In this document: in pieces, positions 49,388-59,514 of the stretch | Layout: every line of letters begins with the position of its first letter | Numbering within the stretch: the stretch's first letter is position 1 | DNA from: Alphaproteobacteria bacterium | GTDB taxonomy: Bacteria; Pseudomonadota; Alphaproteobacteria; JAEUKQ01 | Assembly: GCA_016794225.1 (NCBI GenBank) | Contig: JAEUKQ010000001.1 | Coordinates: forward strand, 2,062-66,061 | Direction of reading: 5' to 3' | Length of the DNA: 64,000 bases | Position numbers and translations under genes: made by a program | Notes under the pieces: generated by a model | Seen by the model: the letters and a program-made list of their open reading frames with translations, nothing else | Database searches by the model: none | Told to the model about the DNA's origin: nothing

Positions 49388-50614
49388 ATGTTCAAAAAAT
49401 TGGCTTTTATGATTATGGGCGAATATGTTGTAAATTTTTCAAGATTGTTTTTGTTTGCTTTAGTATCATTGACCCTGGTTTTCGGATCACCTGCCGTTAT
49501 TCAGGCTGATCAACCCAAAAAAAACTTGTATATAGGTATTTTAGTGCCGCTAACTGGTTTTCTGGCTTTGGAAGGTGAGAGCCAGCGTAATGGGGCTTTA
49601 TTGGCATTAGAAAACCCGCCTGCTGTTCTAAGACAAGCCAATATTAGCATTGAATACGAGGTTTTCGATACAGGAACAACACCAGAAGGTGCTACCTTGG
49701 CCTTTAACAGGTTGCTGCGTCGTGACAATCTTGTTGCGATTAGCGGGCCAATTCTTGGCACACAAATGCTTGCCTTGTTACCCCTAGCGCAAAAGTCAGA
49801 AATTCCCTTAACAACCATATCTGGAACATCAAGCCTAACTGAACAGGGTAATAGATGGTTATTCCGCTTTTTTCCAAATGACTCGGTTGTAAAAAAAGCC
49901 CAAACCCTTTATGCCGCTAACTTTAGAAAAGTTCAGCGTCCAATCATTTTTTACCAAACAACAGCTTATGGTCAAAGTGGATTACAATATTTGCAGCAGT
50001 ACCTTGCTGATCTTAAGATTGATCCCATCGAATCAATATCAATTGATCCAAATATTCGTGATCTAGCACCAATTTTACTGAGAGTTATGCAAAAAAATCC
50101 CGATGGTTTCCTTTTGCAATTGCATGCCCCTTCGACAGCGCTATTAATCCAACAAGCACGTCAGTTAAATATTGAATTACCAATCATTGCCGGGTCTGCT
50201 ATGCACCAACCAAGTACAGCAAAACTTTTATCTGCAGCAGAATTGAAGAATGTTTGCGCCGAGACCAGTGCTGCACCTGTTGTCGATTCTAACCCAACCA
50301 TGCGCGCTTTCGTTGTACATTATCAGCAACGTTTTGGCAAAGAACCTGATGCCTTTGCAGTAGCACAATATGATGCGATGAACATGTTAATGCAGGAAAT
50401 TGCCCGCGCAGTAGAAAATCACCATGATCAGGCATTGATGACGATAGCCACATTACGCAACCAGCTAAGATTGGGGTTATCACAACAACCATTTAATGGA
50501 TTAGCGATGCATTATCAGGCAGATACCAAAGGAAATATGGCACATTCAGCGATTATTATCTGTTATAATGGGTATAACCACCAATCAGAAATTGTAGAAC
50601 GGTATAATCCTTAA
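49388..50614 (+). CDS. ABC transporter periplasmic substrate-binding protein (LivK/branched-chain amino acid-binding family)
   Basis: Signal peptide. Type I periplasmic binding fold. First gene of the liv-like operon. The start is set at the Met before the signal peptide. Confidence 0.75.
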   Translation: MFKKLAFMIMGEYVVNFSRLFLFALVSLTLVFGSPAVIQADQPKKNLYIGILVPLTGFLALEGESQRNGALLALENPPAVLRQANISIEYEVFDTGTTPEGATLAFNRLLRRDNLVAISGPILGTQMLALLPLAQKSEIPLTTISGTSSLTEQGNRWLFRFFPNDSVVKKAQTLYAANFRKVQRPIIFYQTTAYGQSGLQYLQQYLADLKIDPIESISIDPNIRDLAPILLRVMQKNPDGFLLQLHAPSTALLIQQARQLNIELPIIAGSAMHQPSTAKLLSAAELKNVCAETSAAPVVDSNPTMRAFVVHYQQRFGKEPDAFAVAQYDAMNMLMQEIARAVENHHDQALMTIATLRNQLRLGLSQQPFNGLAMHYQADTKGNMAHSAIIICYNGYNHQSEIVERYNP

Positions 50615-50635
50615 TAACAATATCGTAACATAAAA

Positions 50636-51502
50636 ATGGTAACCGGGCTTTTTTTTAATATTGTAACTCTTGGATGTATCTATGTGTTAGCTGCGCTTGG
50701 CTTTGTTTTTTTGCTGAACGCCGCCCGCAGTATTAATTTTGCTTATGGTGAATTGCTGTTGGCCAGCGGTCTGATAAACGCCTGGTTACTGCCTATCAAT
50801 AAATCACTAACACTACTATTAGCACCCGTAGTTATTCTGGGGATGAGTATCGTTTTGGTTGTTTTATCATTTATTTTTTACTGGCCATTACGCAATAGAC
50901 CGATAGAAACTATTTTCCTAAGCAGTATTGGGCTTGGATTAGTTATTCAAAATTTATTAGTACTTTTTTTGGGATCAGCTCCAGTACAGCTTCGGTTATT
51001 TGTCGATCCATATTTCGAATTGTGGAATATCCTGATTCCCAAGCTGTTATTATGGCTTGCTCCAATCACAACTTTTACTGTTCTTGTATTATTTTGTTTT
51101 CTTCATTTTACCAAAACTGGCCTACGTCTTCAGGCGAGTGTACAAAATCCATTGCTTGCAGCCATATATGGCATAAGGCTTGAAACAACAACCATCATCT
51201 GCTTTCTAATTGCTGGATGTTTAATAGCCACTGCTGGACTATTCCTGAGTCAACAATATTATTTATCGGCCGATCAGGGTAATGATCTGCTACTTAAAAC
51301 ATATATCTTAACTATTATTGGTGGATGGGGGCGTCTATCTGGCTTAATTTTTGGTGCTTTTCTGCTTGGTTTTTTGGATGTATTGCTGGCATTTATTTTT
51401 TCCTATCCTTTAGCATCAATTATTATATACGGCTTATTATTAGTATTGATGCTGTTGCGACCAAAAGGCCTAATTCAAGATATCCAAGGTCAACGTGTTT
51501 AA
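50636..51502 (+). CDS. branched-chain amino acid ABC transporter permease (LivH-like)
   Basis: Multi-TM permease. Its position in the operon. Confidence 0.8.
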   Translation: MVTGLFFNIVTLGCIYVLAALGFVFLLNAARSINFAYGELLLASGLINAWLLPINKSLTLLLAPVVILGMSIVLVVLSFIFYWPLRNRPIETIFLSSIGLGLVIQNLLVLFLGSAPVQLRLFVDPYFELWNILIPKLLLWLAPITTFTVLVLFCFLHFTKTGLRLQASVQNPLLAAIYGIRLETTTIICFLIAGCLIATAGLFLSQQYYLSADQGNDLLLKTYILTIIGGWGRLSGLIFGAFLLGFLDVLLAFIFSYPLASIIIYGLLLVLMLLRPKGLIQDIQGQRV

Positions 51503-53315
51503 TATGAACAATAAATTACCTAAAACTGGTCAATATTTTATTATTGCGGGACTCGTTTTTTATTTTATTGTTTCAGTAGTGGACATTGGTTGGAATGATT
51601 ATCTTTTTTTGTTGCTAACTATTGCTGGTTGCCAAAGCTTACTGGCTCTTAGTTTTCAGTTCAACTATGGACTGGCCGGATTGCTATCATTGGCACAGGT
51701 TGCTTTTTTTGGCCTTGGCGCTTATATATCTGCTCTTTTGGGGACATATATTACAACTGAATTTTTCGTGCATTTGTTGCTGCAAATTATTGTTATCCTG
51801 CCGATTGCCTATTTAGTTATTAGACTGGTTATTGTTCTCAATTCGCATGCTTTTGCACTGGCCACACTTATTTTTAGCGAGTTTTTGTATCTCATTGTTG
51901 TACATCAACCAGAGTGGCTTGGTGGTGCAAACGGTTTATATAATTTCCCTTCTCTAACTTTCTTGACAATACATATTGATCATCAGTTGTACCTATTATT
52001 GATTGTTTGGACACTAGTTGCTACCACCATTACCCTTGCACATGCGTTACAATTTGGACTTAAATATTTTTTATGGCGATGGTTAACGTACGACCCTGTT
52101 GGGGCTGATGGGCTTGGAATACCTGGACGATCCTTGAAAATAATTGTCTTCACCTTGGGTGCCATCATTGCTGGGATTGCTGGGATGATTCAAGGGCAGA
52201 GTTTAAAAGTTATTTCACCCCACCTGTTTCAATTACCCGGTATGGTTTTCTGTTTATTAAGTGTTGTGCTTGGTGGTAAAAGCAGCCCTCTCGGTACTAT
52301 TATGGCAGTATTATTTTTGTCTTTCACATCTGAATGGTTGCGCGATTTTGAACAATATCATACCGGTCTTTATGGTTTATTGCTGATATTGACCGTTATC
52401 CTATTGCCAAACGGTTTATTAACTAAACGACCCTTTAAAGGGCAAATGGTAAATAATATCTCCCGTGAACAAGTCCCGAAACAGCCAATACATCAAGATA
52501 TACCAGCTACACCCTTAAGAAGCCTTCTTAAGGTTCAAGATGTAACCAAAAATTATCATGGTATCCAGGCTTTAGCTTCTATCAATTTTAAATTAGAATC
52601 CGGGAATATTTTAGGCATCATTGGGGCTAATGGGTCGGGCAAAACAACACTAATTAATATACTAAGCGGTATTGAACCGACCCACTCAGGGACAATTTTT
52701 TGGAATAAGAAAAATATAAAATCCTTAAGCGTACGACAGCGATTGCATCATGGTATCATCCGCAATTTTCAGTCCAGCAGAACTTTGCCGGAAATTTCGG
52801 TTTTATCCTATTTGGCACTTTCTTTTCGGTTAGTTCGACCGCATTGGTGGCGCTGGGAATCCCTTATAAGCAAGAAAATGAGGCTGCAAGAAGATATTAT
52901 TGATAGCCAAAAAGCGCTAGAACTTTTAATAAAATGGGGTATTCAAGATTGGGGTTTTTACCAAATTACAGACATAACAGTCAGCCAATTACGGTTGCTG
53001 GAAATTTTGCGAACCAGTATTTTTATGCCCCAGCTACTGCTGTTAGATGAACCGATGGCCAATCTTGAAATCAAGGAACAAGTAATTCTCGAACGTTACT
53101 TGAAAGAACAACAGGAAAAAGGTTGTATCATTATTATTGCCGACCATCACTTAAATTGGCTATTGCGTCATGCGCACAAAATTTTATGGCTACACGAAGA
53201 ATATACACAGCAAAATATAACCTACCTTGCAACACCAGACCAAATTCTGGTTAACCCATTATTCAAGGATTTTTTCCCATCAGTGCGTGTGAAGGACATA
53301 GGTTATGAACCTTAA
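51495..53315 (+). CDS. fused LivM-like permease / LivG-like ATPase
   Basis: N-terminal multi-TM permease fused to an ABC domain with Walker A 'GANGSGKTT', Walker B 'LLLLDEP' and an H-loop His. The signature motif is degenerate ('VSQLRL'). Confidence 0.8.
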   Translation: MFNMNNKLPKTGQYFIIAGLVFYFIVSVVDIGWNDYLFLLLTIAGCQSLLALSFQFNYGLAGLLSLAQVAFFGLGAYISALLGTYITTEFFVHLLLQIIVILPIAYLVIRLVIVLNSHAFALATLIFSEFLYLIVVHQPEWLGGANGLYNFPSLTFLTIHIDHQLYLLLIVWTLVATTITLAHALQFGLKYFLWRWLTYDPVGADGLGIPGRSLKIIVFTLGAIIAGIAGMIQGQSLKVISPHLFQLPGMVFCLLSVVLGGKSSPLGTIMAVLFLSFTSEWLRDFEQYHTGLYGLLLILTVILLPNGLLTKRPFKGQMVNNISREQVPKQPIHQDIPATPLRSLLKVQDVTKNYHGIQALASINFKLESGNILGIIGANGSGKTTLINILSGIEPTHSGTIFWNKKNIKSLSVRQRLHHGIIRNFQSSRTLPEISVLSYLALSFRLVRPHWWRWESLISKKMRLQEDIIDSQKALELLIKWGIQDWGFYQITDITVSQLRLLEILRTSIFMPQLLLLDEPMANLEIKEQVILERYLKEQQEKGCIIIIADHHLNWLLRHAHKILWLHEEYTQQNITYLATPDQILVNPLFKDFFPSVRVKDIGYEP

Positions 53316-53940
53316 CATAAAAGATCTACGCCTTGAGATAGGGTCAGCGGTGATTAATTTTTCTTGTGAATCACCTGCTTTAATCTTGATTCAAGATGAT
53401 CGGGCAACATTTCTGTTTCAAACTTTAATGGGTCTAACACGCCCCCAACAAGGACAAATTACATTTGGTAAACACATCTTAACTTCATCAACAGGCAAGC
53501 AACTTGATATTTGGCAAAAAGGTCGACTAGGCGTACAGTATTTACCAAGTCCTCGCATCACTTTTCCATCGTTAACCACCGCACAAACTTTAAAGTTAGT
53601 GGCTCAAAATAATCTTAAACATCGGATATCTCTAGAATCCTTATACCGAGAAATACCCCTACTAAGCGATATCCGCAACCGGCGTATTTGGCAATTATCT
53701 GGGGGACAACAACAAATATTATCGTTAATTTGCTGCTTTACAGCCCAATCGCGGCTACTGATGTTGGAAGAACCATTTGTTGGCATTAGCCTTCCTATGC
53801 AAAAGGTAATATCGGCCAAATTAATTGCCCACCTTTTGACAACACCTGCAATAGCTTTATATTATACAACGCAACCGCTACCTAGTTTCTTACTAGAAAA
53901 TTTACAGGGAATTTTTCTACATCACCTAAGACTTGTATGA
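53305..53940 (+). CDS. LivF-like ABC ATPase with a degenerate Walker A
   Basis: Signature 'LSGGQQQ' and Walker B 'LLMLEEP' are present. The P-loop position reads 'IQDDRATFLF' (no GxxGxGK[ST]). Confidence 0.7.
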   Translation: MNLNIKDLRLEIGSAVINFSCESPALILIQDDRATFLFQTLMGLTRPQQGQITFGKHILTSSTGKQLDIWQKGRLGVQYLPSPRITFPSLTTAQTLKLVAQNNLKHRISLESLYREIPLLSDIRNRRIWQLSGGQQQILSLICCFTAQSRLLMLEEPFVGISLPMQKVISAKLIAHLLTTPAIALYYTTQPLPSFLLENLQGIFLHHLRLV

Positions 53941-54037
53941 TAGTTCCACAAGTTAGATATGTAGTGCCATTCCCTGAAAATCGTGTGTGGACAAAGCCCC
54001 TAAGGTGCGTTACAAAAAACAGAAAATAGAGGTATCT

Positions 54038-54712
54038 ATGGAAAGCCAATCCTTAATCACCAGCCTAAATCAAATGACTGCTCGTATTCTGCTTGAGGTT
54101 GAAGCCGTTTACCTAAGACCACAGCAACCTTTCATTTTAACATCAGGCCGGGCCAGTCCCGTTTACGTCGATTGTCGCAAATTAATTGCTTTTCCAAGAG
54201 CGCGGCGGAAAATTATTCAAATGGCTGTTGAATTATTGGCACTGAAGGTTGGGGTCGAAAGTTTAGATATTATTGCAGGTGGTGAAACAGCTGGCATTCC
54301 TTACGCCGCATGGATAGCTGAAGAAATGGGCTTGCCCATGGCTTACGTACGCAAACAACCCAAAGGTTTTGGCCGCCAATCACAAATTGAAGGGGTCATT
54401 CGTCCTGGTGATCGCTGTTTGCTAGTTGAAGACTTGGCAACGGATGGCAGTAGCAAGGTTAATTTTATCCACGCCCTGCGTAAAGCCGAAGCCCAGATTC
54501 ATCATACATTAGTGATCTTTCACTATGGTATATTTCCTGAAAGCCGTTCTGTTCTTGCTAATTTACAAGTTCAGCTTCATGAATTGGCGACCTGGTGGGA
54601 TATTTTGGCAATTGCCGAAAAAGATGGGCGGTTAACCGGAGATGATAGTCAAATAGTTAGGGATTTTCTTGAAAACCCAGAGGGTTGGTCAACCCGAAAT
54701 GGTGGTAAATAA
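54038..54712 (+). CDS. pyrE: orotate phosphoribosyltransferase PyrE
   Basis: PRPP-binding motif 'CLLVEDLATDGSS'. Size about 224 aa from Met 54038. Confidence 0.85.
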   Translation: MESQSLITSLNQMTARILLEVEAVYLRPQQPFILTSGRASPVYVDCRKLIAFPRARRKIIQMAVELLALKVGVESLDIIAGGETAGIPYAAWIAEEMGLPMAYVRKQPKGFGRQSQIEGVIRPGDRCLLVEDLATDGSSKVNFIHALRKAEAQIHHTLVIFHYGIFPESRSVLANLQVQLHELATWWDILAIAEKDGRLTGDDSQIVRDFLENPEGWSTRNGGK

Positions 54713-54808
54713 CCTTAGTTAATTTGCAGATATATTTTTGCTTTCTTAGTCTGTAATAGACTATGCTATTTATGATATGCACATGAAGCTTGTGATATAG
54801 GTTGGTTA

Positions 54809-55699
54809 TTATATACCCAACCGCTCCCACCACCAGCGCTCTTCAAGAGATTGTAATAATTCCTCACTTAAGCCAAGCCGATGGCGAGAAGAACCAACAT
54901 AACGCTGAATAAAGCCTTTTTTGGCCTCAATACGGATAAATTTGGCTTTCTTTCCTAATTTTTTTTGTAAAACATCTTCGATTCCACCAATCCCGTCGAT
55001 AAGGCCTTTTTCAACCGCCTGCTGGCCGGTCCATATATCTCCATTGAAAATATCAGCATTATGTGCCGAAATTCGGCTGCCGCGACGGCTTACAACATAG
55101 TCCTTAAATATTTGGTGTATAGATTGCTGTAATGATTTAACTTTTTCCTGATCCTCATTTTTTAGTGGTGCAAACGGATCTAGCATCATTTTTCGGTCAC
55201 CAGCTGTAAAAACTCTACGCTCAATTCCAATTTTTCGAATAAGTTCAGTAAAACCAAATCCAGAGCTAATAACGCCAATCGACCCGATTAACGAGGAAGG
55301 ATTGGCGTAAATCTCATCCCCAATGCAAGCTAACCAATAACCACCAGAAGCAGCAACATCTTCAACAAAAGAAAATATGGGAATTTTATGTTCATCTGCT
55401 CTCTGCCTAATTGCCTGAGCAATCAGAGCTGACTGTGTCGGCGACCCGCCAGGCGAATTAATAAGCAGCGCCAAGGCTGGTATTTTAGGATTCTGAAAGG
55501 CTTGTTCAATTAAACGATGTATTCCTAAATAAGATAAGCCCTGTTGGAAACGTCCATAACGACCAATAACACCTGATAACACCAACATTGGGACTTCAAC
55601 CTGACGCGATTTCCAAAAAAACATTTTTTTTCCTTTTGCAATCGTTCCTAAAATACACATGTCACTTTCATGAAAATCTAAGATAACATGACAAGACAA
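54809..55699 (-). CDS. sppA: signal peptide peptidase SppA (S49 family, 36K type)
   Basis: S49 ClpP-like fold blocks ('INSPGGS', 'AASGGYWLA'). Confidence 0.8.
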   Translation of the reverse strand: MSCHVILDFHESDMCILGTIAKGKKMFFWKSRQVEVPMLVLSGVIGRYGRFQQGLSYLGIHRLIEQAFQNPKIPALALLINSPGGSPTQSALIAQAIRQRADEHKIPIFSFVEDVAASGGYWLACIGDEIYANPSSLIGSIGVISSGFGFTELIRKIGIERRVFTAGDRKMMLDPFAPLKNEDQEKVKSLQQSIHQIFKDYVVSRRGSRISAHNADIFNGDIWTGQQAVEKGLIDGIGGIEDVLQKKLGKKAKFIRIEAKKGFIQRYVGSSRHRLGLSEELLQSLEERWWWERLGI

Positions 55700-55727
55700 T
55701 CAAGTATACTTATGGTTTTTCACCAGA

Positions 55728-56495
55728 TTATTTCCATGAAATGGGCTGGGCGTGGCGTAAAATGTTTTCTGCTGCCACACTATAATGGCCATTTTCCTGA
55801 TGTAAAACGAGCCCTCGGCATATTTCGAATGGACTTTTACGTCCTTTGATAATTTGAATAATAAGACGTTTTGCCTGTGTATGTGGATTTGTCCATAACG
55901 GATAAACTTTAATACTGCAGGTTTTTTGATCAAAAAAATGAAAAATGTCTGGCAGACGGTGGGTTAAGTGGATTAGGGTGATGATTCCGTTGCTTTTCAC
56001 ACAATTCCAGGCTATTTTCAACCAATCATCCAAGATAAGGTCGTTTTCATATAATGCTTGCTGCCGCAATAGATTTGAACTTCTGCGACCAATTTGGTTT
56101 TGTTTAAAATAGGGCGGGTTCATCATCACCTGGTCAAACAAACGGTCTGATGGCATTATAATTTGATCTCGGATATCAGCTTCAAGAACATATACTTGTT
56201 CAGCAACTGAATTGATTAAGGCATTTTTTCTAGCTAAACTACATAGATGACTGTTTTGCTCAACACCGATAATCGATCCAACATTTTTTTGCCGTGCAAC
56301 TAAACAAAGCCCAACCGTACCTACCCCTGCTCCCAGGTCAAGTATCTTGGATTTTGGCGTAGCATCTACTGCTGCTGCCAGAAGAATTCCATCGATTGCC
56401 GTGCGATAACCCTGTGATGGTTGCAACAGGCGCACTCTACCGCCTAAGATCTGATCTTCTGTTACATCCACCGTTTGGATATTTATTTCTGTCAT
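55728..56495 (-). CDS. class I SAM-dependent methyltransferase (tRNA m6A37 TrmN6/YfiC-like)
   Basis: 'LDLGAGVGTVGL' motif I. 'MMNPPYF' N6-adenine/amino-MTase motif IV. Confidence 0.75.
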   Translation of the reverse strand: MTEINIQTVDVTEDQILGGRVRLLQPSQGYRTAIDGILLAAAVDATPKSKILDLGAGVGTVGLCLVARQKNVGSIIGVEQNSHLCSLARKNALINSVAEQVYVLEADIRDQIIMPSDRLFDQVMMNPPYFKQNQIGRRSSNLLRQQALYENDLILDDWLKIAWNCVKSNGIITLIHLTHRLPDIFHFFDQKTCSIKVYPLWTNPHTQAKRLIIQIIKGRKSPFEICRGLVLHQENGHYSVAAENILRHAQPISWK

Positions 56496-56624
56496 CCATT
56501 AAGCTTTGAATTAAAACAACCGAGCGTAAAAATAAATGCGTCAACAGGGTGCTTGACCCAATTTTGTTTCTGTTTATGCTGGTGCAATGACTTGTTTTCG
56601 TCAAGGAAAATTAAGGGAAAAATA

Positions 56625-57650
56625 ATGGCAAGATTGGCCTCTGCAAAAACCCACTCTTTTGATGTTTTTCAAAAGTTGCGTCAGGCATTGCAAGAAGAAT
56701 TAACGGCAGTGGACCAGATTATTCTGAACCAATTAAAGAACCGTGTTGCCTTAATCCCTGAATTGGCACAGCATATTATCAGTGCCGGTGGAAAAAGATT
56801 GCGTCCTATTTTAACCCTTGCTAGCAGCCGTCTTTGTGGGTATCAGGGACAACATCACTTGTCCTTGGCAGCTTGTGTTGAGTTTATCCACACAGCAACT
56901 TTATTACATGATGACGTTGTTGATAACAGTCAGTTGCGTCGCGGTACGTCAACGGCTAATACACTTTGGGGCAATCAAGCAAGTGTATTAGTTGGAGATT
57001 TTTTATTTAGCAAGGCTTTTCAACTTATGGTTGAAAGCGGTAACCTTGAGATTTTGCATATACTTTCCACAGCAGCAGCCACAATCGCTCAGGGCGAAGT
57101 TTTGCAATTAATGAACATTCATGATCTTTCTTTAAATCAAACTGTATACCTTGAGGTTATCGAAGCCAAAACCGCAGCCCTTTTTGCCGCTGCTTGTGAA
57201 ATTGGTGGGGTTTTAGCAAACAAAAGTAAAGCTGAAACTACCGCTTTGCGTAATTATGGCATTAATTTAGGAATTCTTTTCCAGCTTGTTGATGACGCCC
57301 TTGATTATCTGCCTTCACATTCAGAGCATCTTGGAAAAGTTACTGGCGATGATTTTCGTGAAGGAAAAATGACGTTACCGGTTATCTATGCTTTACAGCA
57401 AGCAGATCAACCCGAAAGACTTTTCTGGAAACGCACTATGGCCGATAGCCAGCAGGAAGAAAATGATCTTAATTCTGCTATCGCTATATTAAAGCGTCAT
57501 GATGCAATCGCAAAAACATTGAAGCTGGCACAAAATTATTGCGACCGTGCATTAGGTAGTCTTGAGCTTTTTCCAAACTCGCCTTGGCGGACTATTTTTA
57601 GCGAATTGGCGTTTTATTGCATATCAAGGGCTAACAGCCCTAAAAACTAG
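56625..57650 (+). CDS. ispB: octaprenyl/polyprenyl diphosphate synthase IspB
   Basis: First and second aspartate-rich motifs 'LLHDDVVD' and 'FQLVDDALD'. ATG 56625 is preceded by AAGGGAAA. Confidence 0.85.
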   Translation: MARLASAKTHSFDVFQKLRQALQEELTAVDQIILNQLKNRVALIPELAQHIISAGGKRLRPILTLASSRLCGYQGQHHLSLAACVEFIHTATLLHDDVVDNSQLRRGTSTANTLWGNQASVLVGDFLFSKAFQLMVESGNLEILHILSTAAATIAQGEVLQLMNIHDLSLNQTVYLEVIEAKTAALFAAACEIGGVLANKSKAETTALRNYGINLGILFQLVDDALDYLPSHSEHLGKVTGDDFREGKMTLPVIYALQQADQPERLFWKRTMADSQQEENDLNSAIAILKRHDAIAKTLKLAQNYCDRALGSLELFPNSPWRTIFSELAFYCISRANSPKN

Positions 57651-57736
57651 CAGCTACTAATTTCCCTGTTTTGCTTATTCAGTTCTTGCAAAATTATTAT
57701 AGCTATTCGTATAATACCAGGGTGCAGGTTTGTTTT

Positions 57737-57813
57737 CGGAGTGTAGCTCAGCCTGGTAGAGCACTACGTTCGGGACGTAGGGGCCGGAGGTTCAAATCCT
57801 CTCACTCCGACCA
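57737..57813 (+). tRNA. tRNA-Pro (anticodon CGG)
   Basis: CGGAGTGTAGCTCAGCCTGGTAGAGCACTACGTTCGGGACGTAGGGGCCGGAGGTTCAAATCCTCTCACTCCGACCA. Anticodon loop TTCGGGA. Confidence 0.9.
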
Positions 57814-57923
57814 ATCTAACCATCACACATTTTATGTGTAATTCTACAGAAAGCCATAGATTGTCTTTGTGGCTAAGACGCCAAAGCCTTCAAGGTTAAT
57901 ATTAAGTATTTTGATTGACTAAT

Positions 57924-59513
57924 ATGCAGCAAGCAAAAAATTTCTTTACAATTAGAGAGGCAAGCCAATGGGCAAGCGCTTTTTTAAAACGAGATGTTAG
58001 CGAGGCAAATATCTCATACCTGTTACAGTACGGGAAAGTCAAAAAGCACAACAGTGAAAGTACGGTGCTCATAGACGTTGATGATTTAAAAAAGTACTAT
58101 GAATCTTATCGTGGTTGGCGCGAAATAAACTATAAGAACCGACTCGGGGACGATTTGAATTGGGCTTTGTCCTTTGACCATTTGCGCGAAAAAGATACCA
58201 CGAAACATGTTCATCGTTTGCATCCCTATAAAGGTAAATTTATACCCCAACTTGTCCAGTATTTTATTGATAATCACACCGACAATTTTAAAAATGATAT
58301 CTATTTCAAAGCAGGTGATATAGTTCTTGACCCATTTTCAGGTTCTGGAACAACACTTGTACAAGCACACGAAATGGGCATGCACTCAATAGGCATAGAC
58401 ATATCAAATTTTAACTGCATGATTGCTGAGGCAAAACTGCTAGATTACAATTTTACTTCTCTTGACAACGAAATAAAAAAGATAAAGCAACTTATTACTG
58501 GATACGAAACAGATAGCAATATAAGTGCTTTTGAAGACGAGTTGTTAGCTTGCTTGTCTGATTTTAACAACTGTCATTTCCCCAGCCCTGAATATAAATA
58601 TAAAATACAAACAAAACAGATAAGCGAGGAAAAGTATTCTATAGAAAAAGAAAAAGAATTTTTGAAAATATACGACGCGCTTGTTAAAAAACATTGTATT
58701 GAGCTTAACCATGCGTCTGCCGAAAACTTTTTAGATAAGTGGTATATAAAAAATATTAAAAAAGAGATCGATTTTGCCTTTGAACAAATAAAGAGGGTCG
58801 AAGATATTAAAAATAAAAAGATTTTGGCGGTGATTTTAAGCCGCACAATTAGATCGTGCCGTGCAACAACGCACTCAGATTTAGCAACACTCAAAGAACC
58901 GCAAATAACAACGTATTATTGCTGGAAGCATAAAAAGATTTGCAAGCCTCTTTTCTCAATAAAAGTATGGTTTGATCGATACACAGCAGATACTCTTTAC
59001 AGGCTAAAAACTTTTGCAAAATTAAAAACAGATTCCTATTATTCAGTGATTTCGGCCGATTCGCGCTCGATTGATATTTTCAAAGAGGTAGAAAAACGAA
59101 ATAATGAATTTTATAAGATTTTAGCAACACAAAAAATTAGAGGTATTTTCACTTCACCACCTTATGTTGGACAAATTGATTATCATGAACAACACGCTTA
59201 TGCTTACGATCTCTTTGGTTTTGAGCGTAATGATGGGCTTGAAATAGGGCCACTTTATAAAGGACAGGGGGCAGAAGCACGCGCCTCTTATGTCGACGGC
59301 ATCGTAAAGGTTTTATTGAATTGTAGAAGATTCTTAACAGATGATTTTGATGTATTTTTGGTAGCGAATGATAAATATAACCTTTATCCCACAATTGCCA
59401 ATCAAGCTAATATGAGGATTGTTGATCGATTTAAACGGCCAGTATTAAATAGAACGGAACGAGATAAAGCCCCTTATTCGGAAATAGTTTTTCATTTAAA
59501 AGATGGAATGTGA
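57924..59513 (+). CDS. type II DNA amino-methyltransferase (N6-adenine or N4-cytosine; alpha-class motif order)
   Basis: Motif I 'LDPFSGSGTTLV' lies N-terminal to motif IV 'TSPPYVGQIDY'. AT-rich codon usage. It sits directly after tRNA-Pro. Confidence 0.8.
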   Translation: MQQAKNFFTIREASQWASAFLKRDVSEANISYLLQYGKVKKHNSESTVLIDVDDLKKYYESYRGWREINYKNRLGDDLNWALSFDHLREKDTTKHVHRLHPYKGKFIPQLVQYFIDNHTDNFKNDIYFKAGDIVLDPFSGSGTTLVQAHEMGMHSIGIDISNFNCMIAEAKLLDYNFTSLDNEIKKIKQLITGYETDSNISAFEDELLACLSDFNNCHFPSPEYKYKIQTKQISEEKYSIEKEKEFLKIYDALVKKHCIELNHASAENFLDKWYIKNIKKEIDFAFEQIKRVEDIKNKKILAVILSRTIRSCRATTHSDLATLKEPQITTYYCWKHKKICKPLFSIKVWFDRYTADTLYRLKTFAKLKTDSYYSVISADSRSIDIFKEVEKRNNEFYKILATQKIRGIFTSPPYVGQIDYHEQHAYAYDLFGFERNDGLEIGPLYKGQGAEARASYVDGIVKVLLNCRRFLTDDFDVFLVANDKYNLYPTIANQANMRIVDRFKRPVLNRTERDKAPYSEIVFHLKDGM

Positions 59514-59514
59514 T

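Noticed and set aside
54747-54763. Hairpin TAGTCT-GTAAT-AGACTA after pyrE as an intrinsic terminator
   Set aside because: The stem is short and AT-rich and lacks a clear U-tract, so it is too weak to call.
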